Source: Thermoproteota archaeon
GTDB taxonomy: Archaea > Korarchaeota > Korarchaeia > Korarchaeales > JAOZGB01
Assembly (NCBI GenBank): GCA_037917685.1
Contig: JAVCBU010000022.1
Location: forward strand, 1 to 45,118
DNA length: 45,118 nt
Direction of reading: 5' to 3'
Position numbers and translations under genes: made by a program. The notes beneath the pieces were generated by a model. The model saw only the letters and a program-made list of their open reading frames with translations, was not told where the DNA came from and made no database searches. Of the stretch, positions 29,839 through 38,353 are shown in pieces; positions within the stretch are counted from its first letter, which is position 1; each line of letters opens with the position of its first letter.

Positions 29839-30915
29839 TTACTTACATCCATAATAATGCATATATTCTTCCATAGCTTGACAGAGTGCCTCGATATTTT
29901 TCAAAGGTACATCTGGATATATTCCAGCCAAAAGCATGAGTCCTCCTTTTCTGGAACCTAGCTTCACTACAACATTCTTTATGTGGCTTTTTATCTCCTT
30001 AGGTGTTCCGAAGGGTAGGAGATGTTGCCTATCTATATCTAAGTCTACACATACCTTCCCCTTGCACTTAGTCTTAATATTATCTATTCCATTTACCTTA
30101 TCCTGTATATTGAGCACCGTAACTCCGGCTTCTATTAGATCATCTATAATTTCTATCACATGCCCGTCACTATGTAAGTATACATGCACTCCAGCTTCCC
30201 TGACTCTACCGAATATCTTTGCATATGTTGGGAATATAAACTTGCGGAAAGTTCTATGACTTATGGGCATTCTATCCTGCATTCCGAGATCATCTCCAAA
30301 GTTTATGATATCAACACCTAACCTGAGTAATTTATTGACAAGCACCATGTTGTAATTCGTCACTATTTCTATCAGTTCAAATATTTCTGGAGGCTCCTTG
30401 ACAAGATCAGACATTAAATTAACGAAGCCACGGAGATAGTAAAGCCTCTGGAAGAAAAAGCCGTGTGGCATGCTTCCTATCACTAGCTCTCCCCGTTTTT
30501 TCATCTCTTTAATCGATTTCTCAATAACATCCCAGCTAACTAAAGGACCACCCTCATGGCAGATCCCAGCCTCGGGGTCAGGTGGATTATATTCTTTAAG
30601 GGCACTCCAGTCTTCTAGAGGATGTTTAATAACCTGCCCCTGCAAACCATCAAAATTAAAATACCAGACACATCCCCACGCATCAACATAAGTATTTCCT
30701 TTCCTTCTGTGGCCAAAATCATCAAAGTTTACACTTCCCTGTCTGAAACCTGGGAATATCATCGGATGTCTCAGCACTAGACATTCAAGCTTCTCTCTAT
30801 ATTTATGCCATGTAGCAGGTTGAATAGCCACCCTACAGGGGATCCATCCGCATCCCCTCATCTCGATTACTCGTAACATCTTCTCTCTCAGCTTAGATGT
30901 GGTCAAGTTAGTCAC
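29839..30915 (-). CDS. URO-D fold protein, function unknown
   Basis: YVDAWGCVW, HPLEDW, YLRGF.NL, FGDDLG, HSDG, DIDRQ..LPFGTP, GG..L...PDVPLKNI. Confidence 0.85.
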   Translation of the reverse strand: MTNLTTSKLREKMLRVIEMRGCGWIPCRVAIQPATWHKYREKLECLVLRHPMIFPGFRQGSVNFDDFGHRRKGNTYVDAWGCVWYFNFDGLQGQVIKHPLEDWSALKEYNPPDPEAGICHEGGPLVSWDVIEKSIKEMKKRGELVIGSMPHGFFFQRLYYLRGFVNLMSDLVKEPPEIFELIEIVTNYNMVLVNKLLRLGVDIINFGDDLGMQDRMPISHRTFRKFIFPTYAKIFGRVREAGVHVYLHSDGHVIEIIDDLIEAGVTVLNIQDKVNGIDNIKTKCKGKVCVDLDIDRQHLLPFGTPKEIKSHIKNVVVKLGSRKGGLMLLAGIYPDVPLKNIEALCQAMEEYMHYYGCK

Positions 30916-30949
30916 CTAAAATTTTGCTTCAAAAAATATAAATATATAT

Positions 30950-31384
30950 GTGTCGTTCTACTGGGCTATAGCGCCTATACCGTCTTCACAATATCCATAC
31001 ACGATGGCGTTCTGGCCGGTTCAGCTGATTTCTATGGGGATCTGGATCTCGAGAGAAATAGTGGCTAATGTTCAGACACTTCTCTTCTCATATCTAGGTA
31101 TGCTGTCCATAGGAGCCCTGGGCACCCTTCTCAATAGGTGGATAGGGGTACCCTTTAATTTCATAGCCCTTGTCACAGGAACCCAGACAATTGTGCCCTT
31201 CTCGATGGCTACTTTAATGGGAGGGTTCATAGGAAAGGTTATAGAATCGTGGGTTGGAAGAGAGACTATTGATAGATATAGAACCGTTGTGATTGCAGGG
31301 TTATCTGTCGGTCTAGGGGTTGTAACGGGGATAGCCGGCTCAATAACCCTAATTGCGAAGTCGACCTGGATAAAGCCATTTTAA
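30950..31384 (+). pseudogene. Truncated paralog (last 144 aa only) of the OPT transporter at 19859-21823
   Basis: Ungapped alignment to the last 144 aa of the 654-aa protein gives about 89/144 identities by hand count (IAPIPSSQYPYTMA...WIKPF). The N-terminal ~510 aa are absent. Confidence 0.85.
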
Positions 31385-31393
31385 ATTTTCTTG

Positions 31394-32517
31394 TCAGTAA
31401 TAGAGGGTGTATGCAAGCCCCACAGCTATCAGAGCTAAGCCTAGGAGCTTTTTGAGCATCCTACCCCTAGATATCAGCGTGTTGAGCTTATCCGAATAGC
31501 CTCCCCTATCTCCCTTAAGCTTTGACACCAGCTTGATCACGGAGAGGAGAGATGCGGAGAAGCCCAGCGAGTATGATATCATTATGATCGATCCCGCGGC
31601 TATGTCCCCAGAGGCCAGCGAGCTCAGGAGAGACAAGGCTATCAACGGTCCTATGCAGGGCGTCCACGAGACGCCCATTAGGATGCCTAATGTGAAGGCT
31701 CCCACAGCGTTTCCCTTGCTAAGTTTAAAAGCTGGAGTTATCGCAGAGGCTAATTTGTAGAAGAAACCCGATAGCTCGTCGCTGAGCAGTATAAGCCCTA
31801 GTAGAATTACTCCGAGGTTTAAGATCCCGCTTAGGATCTCCCTCACGTAGTATCCCATGGACCCCGCGAACATCCCCATGGAGGTGAATGACAGGACCAG
31901 CCCCGCGATAGCAGCGGCTATCTTCCTCCTATCGGCTCCCATGCCCAGCACGAATATCGCCGGTATTAGGGGAAGTATGCAGGGGGATAGCGTGCTTATG
32001 GCGCCGGTTGCCGCGGCGATCATTACCGATATAGCTAGCGAGCTGAAGCCGGCCAACGAGCTTGCCCCGTCCTCGCGGACTTGCCGGTATTCGGGGTAGG
32101 CTTCGCCCGTTAGCACCGTCACTTTCCGTAGGTACCCGACGAAGGAGTCCTTATCCACGTATCCCATGATATACCCTATTGGGGTGGAGTTGGGGTACAA
32201 GAAGTAGATGGTTGGCGTGCCGAACACTCCGTACATGGCGGCTATTCCGGGATGCTCCCTCGTGGACACGGCGACGCTGATAAACTTGGTGTTTAGCAAT
32301 TCCGTGACTTCCCTGTCACTGAGGGTGTATTTCTCGAAAATCGCACAGTAGGTGCATGCGCTGGAGTAGAAGTACAGGAATATGGGCTTGCCCTCAGTAG
32401 CCGCACGCCCCAGCGCGTCCCCATAGCTGTTGGCCCAGTTTACGTTTGGGGGAGTGCGGGGGTGATAGAGGCTAGGAGGGCAAGGAGGGCCATTATTAAC
32501 GTCAGCCTTCTCGACAT
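31394..32517 (-). CDS. Exported thioredoxin-fold (CTYC) domain fused to a CcdA/DsbD transmembrane domain; 5' end frameshifted
   Basis: CTYC and GTPT; LSPCILP and WTPCIGP (CcdA Cys pair). A signal peptide MSRRLTLIMALLALLASITPALP starting at ATG 32517 is one frame off the body. Confidence 0.8.
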
Positions 32518-32839
32518 GACGTTGGTATACTACGCCGGACAGCTTAAATATTTTCCGACCGCTGCAGGAGCTATAAGCCGATGGATCCTCCCCAATGGAA
32601 ATCGCAATCATGTGACCTTAGGGCGGCGGACTCGTAGCCATCTCCCTCTCAGGGGAGGAGGCTTCATGGTGCCGCCTATATATAGGGCACCTCAACCTGG
32701 CGCTGTTGCGATGGAGGAATTTTGGAGTGAAGGTGCGTGGAGGCAGGAGAACCCACTGCGCGGCGTATACCTGTCCGGAATAACCATGGAACCCAAGCTT
32801 GTAAGGGTTATAAGGGGACCTGTGAACGAACCCGTCCTC

Positions 32840-33020
32840 AGTTAGGGCTTCGATTCGGCCTATTTGCTTGTAGTGCGGATCGTCCTGATGACCAATTTTC
32901 CAGTAGGCGGAGGCTGCTATAAGTGCATCTGCTATTGGAACTTTATACTTATCCTTAAACTCTCCAGCCTTCACGGCTACGTCCTCGTCCACGTCGATCT
33001 TTCACAAGCATATGGCATCC
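32840..33020 (-). pseudogene. Remnant of a PIN/VapC toxin C-terminus
   Basis: VDEDVAVKAGEFKDKYKVPIADALIAASA...DDPHY; the N-terminal PIN Asp region is missing. Confidence 0.7.
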
Positions 33021-33303
33021 ATGAGAGCCGACTATTGCCTCAGCTAGGTCTGGCCTCCCGCCCTGCAGATACTTGCAGTAGATCTCCGTGTTACCACGCT
33101 TATAGCACCACCCATCCCCCAATACCTTGAGGGGCTAAAGCTATGAGGCGCATGTCCATTGTTTGTCTAGTGTAGCTGGATGGGATTATGGGAATACTAA
33201 GGTATGCTGAGATATGGAATCCCCGGATGTGCGGGAGGACTTGGGGATTGGCGGTAGACGTGAACTTAACTTACACTGGCTCTAGCGATTTCCGAAACTT
33301 CGC

Positions 33304-33747
33304 TCACATGCGAATCTCAAATAACTCATCTAGCAACTTCCTGCATAGTTCTACGTGATTCTTAGCCCTCTCATAGGCCCCCGGGGCATACTCCCTAAAA
33401 TACTCCGCATCTATCCCCCTCTCGTAGCCGTACCCAGCTAGGCCCCTCAGCTCCGCCAACTCAGCGATGTTCCTGGAGAGCTCGGGGGCAAGCGCCCTAA
33501 ACCACGCCGGGATATCTTTCCTCCCAGCCAGCTTAACGAATAGGTCGCTGACATCGTGTTCCCTAGGGTATTCTATGCCGAGAGCCACCAATACTCCCTT
33601 TGACGCCTGCTCCACGGCCATCTGGGACGAGTATACCGCATCGTCCCACCTCCCGTCTTCTAAGGCCCTGTACGCACCCTGTAGCCATCTGGAGGCCCTA
33701 TCTAGGGCCTTGTATGCCAGCTCCCTATTCGATACAGTATCCATCAT
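33304..33747 (-). CDS. HEPN-domain protein
   Basis: AVYSSQMAVEQASKG...YPREHDV...LRGLAGYG; ATGA overlap with the upstream MNT gene. Confidence 0.88.
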   Translation of the reverse strand: MMDTVSNRELAYKALDRASRWLQGAYRALEDGRWDDAVYSSQMAVEQASKGVLVALGIEYPREHDVSDLFVKLAGRKDIPAWFRALAPELSRNIAELAELRGLAGYGYERGIDAEYFREYAPGAYERAKNHVELCRKLLDELFEIRM

Positions 33748-34502
33748 AGAGTGAATATCTCTCCAGCTTTAACGCTCTTGATAACCCAGTAGTATCTGCC
33801 GCCGGGTTCGACTATCCTCCTCGCGCCATAGCTAGTTAACCTTTCTCTGACGAGGTCGACAATCTTTGAGATATAGTTGTTCCTTTCATAGATTATTTTC
33901 CCGTCCAGAACTATGTCGAGGTATATTCTGTGGAATGTTAGCGCCTCCCTGCTACCCAGAGGATAGTGCTGCAGTATGGGTATGTAGCCGGCCTCTACCG
34001 CGATCTTATACTCGCGGGTCTCCCTGAGCTTCTCCCTAACGCTATAAAGCTCCCTAGTCCGCTCCCACGTAGGCTTGCTATCCCAGCCGTCGACAACTAC
34101 CAGTATGTCTATGTCGCTATCCCTGCTCCAGTCCCCCCTAGCAATCGAGCCGAAGAGAGCGACACCTAAGAGCCTCTCGCCGAAGTGGTCTATCAGTAGC
34201 ATAGCGTATCTCTCGAGGAGCGGAGCATAGTATCTGTGAGGGATGCTGCCGGTATTCAGTATGATCTTCTCCTCTCCAAGCACGTCTAGGATCCTCTCCA
34301 TAAGGTCGAGAACTTCTACCCCCCTGCTAGTGATCCTGTAGCCAGCTCTATCTTTGGCCAGTAGCCCTTTGCTCAATAGTATGCCGATTTTCCTGCTCAG
34401 CGTCCTCGGGTTACTGATGACTGACTTGAGGTCACTGAACCTAATGTAGCTGTGGTTTCTCGCCTCTCTCAGGATCCTGTAGAGAGCCGCATCTATCATC
34501 AC
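33744..34502 (-). CDS. Winged-HTH plus minimal nucleotidyltransferase fusion
   Basis: N-terminal RFSDL...PRTLSRKI..L...GLL...YRITSRG (wHTH), then LFGSIARGD...SDIDILVV. Confidence 0.85.
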   Translation of the reverse strand: MMIDAALYRILREARNHSYIRFSDLKSVISNPRTLSRKIGILLSKGLLAKDRAGYRITSRGVEVLDLMERILDVLGEEKIILNTGSIPHRYYAPLLERYAMLLIDHFGERLLGVALFGSIARGDWSRDSDIDILVVVDGWDSKPTWERTRELYSVREKLRETREYKIAVEAGYIPILQHYPLGSREALTFHRIYLDIVLDGKIIYERNNYISKIVDLVRERLTSYGARRIVEPGGRYYWVIKSVKAGEIFTL

Positions 34503-34679
34503 CTATAGTATTCCAATGTATACTTAAGCTTTACTAAAGTATAAGATCGACCCTCGATTGCTACTCCATGGACCGATATACTCACCGGAAGTTAGGTCAC
34601 CGCCTCTCCCACAAGGGACATATGATGCTGCTCGTGGATAGCATCTACTCTAGTGGAAGATCTCAGCGCCACCTAGACA

Positions 34680-35326
34680 CCTATGGATGAAAGATGGCTA
34701 TATGATCTAGTCTTCCCCCTTATGGGAATTTCCAGAGGCTGATAGTGATACGCTAGCCCTGATAAAGCTTCTAGGCGAGGTCAGGTCCGCCGGCGGCCGT
34801 GAAGATTACTTTGAGGAGTACGACTACGAGGATGTAGGTGGCTAGTGGGTTGAATGTTTTCATCGATACACAGCTATGGATCTACGCCTTTAAGAGGCCG
34901 AGGGAGGAAAGTTTACGGGCGAGGAAGAATACAGGGAGGCGCTCCGGATGCGTAGCGGTGCTAATAGGCTCGTGAGAGATTCTCTGAAAGTTCACGAGAT
35001 ATGCCTTAACAACCCACCAGCTAGCTGAGATGTTTCATGCCCTAGCGTTCAGGGGAATTAGGATGGAGGGGGGAAGGCATTAGACATAGTCGAGAAAATG
35101 GTTAGGAGTTCGAAGACTGTTGTGGTAGAAGTCAAGAAGAGGCATTAAAGGAAGCTTTGAGGTTAAGCAACTCCTCTGGAATTCACGTATGGGACTACTT
35201 TGTATAATACCCTTGAGGGGGGAAGTAGATATCGTGTACACCAACGACGAGCACTTCCTCCACCCCACTCTAAAGCACCTAGTGCCTAAAGTAGACAACC
35301 CCATAGGAAGGTGGCTGGCCATCTGA
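34680..35326 (+). pseudogene. Multiply frameshifted antitoxin plus PIN toxin pair
   Basis: An acidic antitoxin-like tail ...EDYFEEYDYEDVGG* overlaps GTG 34838. Pieces VFIDTQLWIY, HQLAEMFH, SGIHVWDY and IVYTNDEHF...VDNP..* (35326) lie in different frames. Confidence 0.75.
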
Positions 35327-35352
35327 TTCCTCCCATATTTTGAGGGTGGAGC

Positions 35353-36060
35353 TTATTTATGACCGCTCCTGTAGGATGATTTGGGACAACCTCGCGATAG
35401 GCTGCTATCCCTGCTCCTTGGCAGGGAGAATTCTATTATCGGTATTAGGATTAAAAGGCTCCTAGAGTAGACGACCTTGTCAGCAACGTCTATCAGCTTC
35501 GGCGTTGACGGATTGAATGCTATCGAGAAACCTGCAACCTCCATCATGGACAGGTCCACCTCGCTATCCCCCACGGCTATCACCTCCCACGGCTCTATGC
35601 CGAATTGCCGGCATAGACTCCGGAGAACCTCTCCTTTGTTATCATATTCCACAAGGACTTCGACATCGCCGGTTATCACGCCTTTCCTAGCTATCAGCTT
35701 GTTCGCGACGGCTGCGTCCAAGCCGAGCTCTCTCGACACCCTATCGGCTAGTATGTCCAGGCCGGCGCTTATTGCGAACACCCTATACTCTCTCTTCTTC
35801 AGGTATCTCGACAGCTCCATAGCTCCCTCGCGGAGTGGGATGGAATGGACTATTTGGGATATGCGTTCCAGGGACACGCCCCTCCATAGGGAAACGTCCA
35901 GCTCTGCCCACCTCGAGTACGATATTCTGCCCTCGTAGAACAGCTCCGCATTCTTCCGCGCCTCACTCCACGTCCCGAGTGACTCGTGTATGTGGCGCCA
36001 GATATTGTCTATGCCCGTTAGGACCCCGTCGACGTCGAAGGCTACTGCCTTGAGGGCCAC
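35353..36060 (-). CDS. HAD-superfamily IB phosphatase (phosphoserine phosphatase-like)
   Basis: AFDVDGVL, ISAG, K, VGDSEVD, IAFNP. Confidence 0.88.
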   Translation of the reverse strand: MALKAVAFDVDGVLTGIDNIWRHIHESLGTWSEARKNAELFYEGRISYSRWAELDVSLWRGVSLERISQIVHSIPLREGAMELSRYLKKREYRVFAISAGLDILADRVSRELGLDAAVANKLIARKGVITGDVEVLVEYDNKGEVLRSLCRQFGIEPWEVIAVGDSEVDLSMMEVAGFSIAFNPSTPKLIDVADKVVYSRSLLILIPIIEFSLPRSRDSSLSRGCPKSSYRSGHK

Positions 36061-36114
36061 GGCACCTTCCCTCAGAGAATTTATAGCTGGAGGCCCTTAT
36101 TATTAGCGATTAGC

Positions 36115-36825
36115 ATGATTGTCGCCTCGGTCTCGGACATCCACTGGCCGAAGAACTCGGATATGTTCCGCCGAGCCGTGGAGGGGGTGGACTGGAGCAG
36201 CGTGGATGCCTTGATACTGGCCGGCGACGTGGTGTATAGGGGCGCGGTCGAGGCATGCGCAGAAGTGCTGGATCTTGTAAGGAGGAGATATGGAGGAATA
36301 ATCCTGGGAGTTTTGGGAAACGAGGAGTACGACGACCGCGTGGACCGCCTAGTTGAGCTCTGCAGCGACGTCCTATGGCTCATTGACGAATCGTACACCA
36401 TGGGAGGGATCTGCGTAGTGGGCTCCAGGGGATCGCTGGACAGGCCCACCTCATGGCAGCTGAGGAACATCCCCAACATCGTCGAGACCTACGCTGAGAG
36501 AATCAAAAATATCGAGAAACTCCTTAAAGAAGCTGGCAGGCGATGCTCCTCGACCGTGCTCGTGACCCACTATGCCCCTAGGTGTGAGACCCTTACGGGT
36601 GAGAACCCGAGAATATGGAGCCAGCTCTCCTCCTCGAGGCTGAGAAGGTTGATCGAGAGATACCGGCCCGACGTCGCCATCCACGGCCATGCACACAGAG
36701 GAAGGATACCTGTGACTAAGCTAGGATCCACCAGGGTTTATAACGTCGCCCTCCCCGCCACAGGGAGGATAACCACGATAGAGGTTTCCCCTGCACAGAG
36801 GAAGACTATACTGGACTACTTCTAG
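36115..36825 (+). CDS. Calcineurin-like metallophosphoesterase
   Basis: SDIH, AGD, GNEE, THY, HGHAH. Confidence 0.9.
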   Translation: MIVASVSDIHWPKNSDMFRRAVEGVDWSSVDALILAGDVVYRGAVEACAEVLDLVRRRYGGIILGVLGNEEYDDRVDRLVELCSDVLWLIDESYTMGGICVVGSRGSLDRPTSWQLRNIPNIVETYAERIKNIEKLLKEAGRRCSSTVLVTHYAPRCETLTGENPRIWSQLSSSRLRRLIERYRPDVAIHGHAHRGRIPVTKLGSTRVYNVALPATGRITTIEVSPAQRKTILDYF

Positions 36826-36948
36826 TAAAGGGGACATTTACGTTCCCGCCCTGAGACTGGGGCGGCATTTTTCGGATATCGCGGGTGGTCTGCCTGCCTT
36901 GTTCGCAGGTTCTAGGGTCCATGCCACTGGCAAAAGGATATATCTGTG

Positions 36949-36984
36949 ATATGACATTGGTATCATATGACCGCAATATCATGC
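36949..36984. promoter_or_regulatory. Two overlapping ArsR/SmtB-type inverted repeats (ATATGA-N8-TCATAT and ATATGA-N8-TCATGC)
   Basis: Read directly at 36949-36968 and 36965-36984, between a TATA-like GATATAT (about 36937-36943) and the regulator start. Confidence 0.65.
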
Positions 36985-37002
36985 TTAAAGGGGGACGAAA
37001 TA

Positions 37003-37305
37003 ATGGCATACACTCTCTTCTTTGAAGCACTGTCCAACTACACGAGAATGGCCATAATACATGCCTTGAGGAGGGGAGATAAGACGGTCTCGGAGCTCTC
37101 CAGGGAGCTAGGCTTCGAGCAGAGCAGGGTATCCCACGGCCTGAGGTGCTTAACCTTCTGCGGTTTTGTGAGCAGCAGGAGGGATGGGAGGAACAGGGTA
37201 TACTCCCTCAACAGGGGAACTGTTGAGCCCATATTGAGGGCGGCCGAGGTCCATATAGGGAGGCATGCGCAACATCTGCTGATCTGTGAAAGTTTAAGGA
37301 GGTGA
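37003..37305 (+). CDS. ArsR/SmtB-family metalloregulator
   Basis: FEALSNYTRMAII..L...TVSEL...EQSRVSHGLRCL..CGFV...RDGRNRVYSL with a His/Cys-rich C-terminus. Start placed at ATG 37003 (track: 36967). Confidence 0.88.
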   Translation: MAYTLFFEALSNYTRMAIIHALRRGDKTVSELSRELGFEQSRVSHGLRCLTFCGFVSSRRDGRNRVYSLNRGTVEPILRAAEVHIGRHAQHLLICESLRR

Positions 37306-37309
37306 GGTT

Positions 37310-37744
37310 GTGAGGAAGGCTTTCGTCGTAGTAGTCGGAATGATGGGGATGGCTGTGCTCCTCACCACCTACACGCTCAGCCTCCTGGGGGAGGCTTCCT
37401 CTAACAACGGGTCCGGAGGGAACAGCCCTCCAAAGTTGGTCCTCCTGTACCCGAAGGGCGGGGAGAGCCTATCTGGGGAGGTGGACATAAGATGGCTGGC
37501 TCAGGATCCCGACAACGACCCCATAGTGGTAAAGATCCAGTACACCTCGGATCCTCCCCCCTTCTGCCCCTCCTGCCCACCCCAAAGTTGGCAGGACATA
37601 GCCGATGGGATCCAGAATACGGGAAGCTACACCTGGAACACGGCCACGATACCTGACGGGAAGTACATCGTTAGAATAGTAGCCAGCGACGGCGTGAGCG
37701 AGACGAGCAAAGACACTGGATGGATATATGTCAGCAATGAGTGA
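37310..37744 (+). CDS. Membrane-anchored/secreted small Ig-like beta protein with an inserted CPSC motif
   Basis: Hydrophobic N-terminus; YPKGGE...IRW..DPD.D...NTGSYTWNT..PDGKY.VRIVASDG; PPPFCPSCPP loop. Confidence 0.65.
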   Translation: MRKAFVVVVGMMGMAVLLTTYTLSLLGEASSNNGSGGNSPPKLVLLYPKGGESLSGEVDIRWLAQDPDNDPIVVKIQYTSDPPPFCPSCPPQSWQDIADGIQNTGSYTWNTATIPDGKYIVRIVASDGVSETSKDTGWIYVSNE

Positions 37745-37750
37745 GCCGAT

Positions 37751-38308
37751 ATGGGGAGGGCGCGCATGCCGAATGTCCCCGGTTCTCTCAAGGGTAGTAT
37801 CGGAGCAGTGTTTTTCAACATAGCTTCCGTGTTGAGGATCAGGACATATGCTCTGATCGCCATAGCGGTATCCTCCGCGCTGGCCGTCCTAATACCGCTG
37901 GCCACCTTTTACATTGCAGGCATGTGGATCTACGCGGTGAGGGACGTCAGGGGGCTGCCGTCGGTCCTTGGGACGTTAACCTCGTATATTCTAGCGGGAA
38001 TATTCGTATCCCTACTAGCTTACTCTAGGAGGATGAGGGTCTCCTGCCGGGACGGCGTGTGCCTCGGAACCATCGGTGCCGCCCTGAGCATTGTGGGGTG
38101 CTGCTCGCCTATCATATACGTCCTCTTTCTAGCCGGAATGATCACTAGCTTCGTGATACCTTATCTCACCTTTATACCGGCACTAAGCATACTATTGCTC
38201 GCCGCTTCTATCTATATGCTGGCGTACAGGATCGGGCGTCCAGCAAAGCCACGCAGAAGGGAGATCAGGTTGGATCTGGGTAAAAAGTCGGCCACAGGCA
38301 GCTCATAA
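37751..38308 (+). CDS. Cys-rich four-TM membrane protein (MerT/MerC-like Cys pairs)
   Basis: About four hydrophobic segments, with SCRDGVC and GCCSP motifs. Confidence 0.6.
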   Translation: MGRARMPNVPGSLKGSIGAVFFNIASVLRIRTYALIAIAVSSALAVLIPLATFYIAGMWIYAVRDVRGLPSVLGTLTSYILAGIFVSLLAYSRRMRVSCRDGVCLGTIGAALSIVGCCSPIIYVLFLAGMITSFVIPYLTFIPALSILLLAASIYMLAYRIGRPAKPRRREIRLDLGKKSATGSS

Positions 38309-38353
38309 TATCCGAGTTCTAATCCATAAAGCGATGGAAGCAATCTGTTGCCC

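Noticed and set aside
17800-30915. Calling the URO-D-fold genes hemE or mtaA (heme synthesis or methylotrophy)
   Set aside because: The RQAGR and HxC signatures are absent and no pathway partners are in the window.
18890-31390. Integrative element or prophage interpretation of the AT-rich block
   Set aside because: No integrase, att repeats, tRNA target, or replication or virion genes are visible.
32462-33130. ORFs 32462-32845, 32737-32922, 32864-33130 and the full-length 32618-32992
   Set aside because: No coherent family. Only the PIN-like first ~50 aa of 32618-32992 is recognisable, and it is reported as a remnant.
35353-36060. Assigning the symbol serB
   Set aside because: The HAD-IB family is clear, but motif I reads DVDGV rather than the usual DxDST and there is no serine-pathway context.
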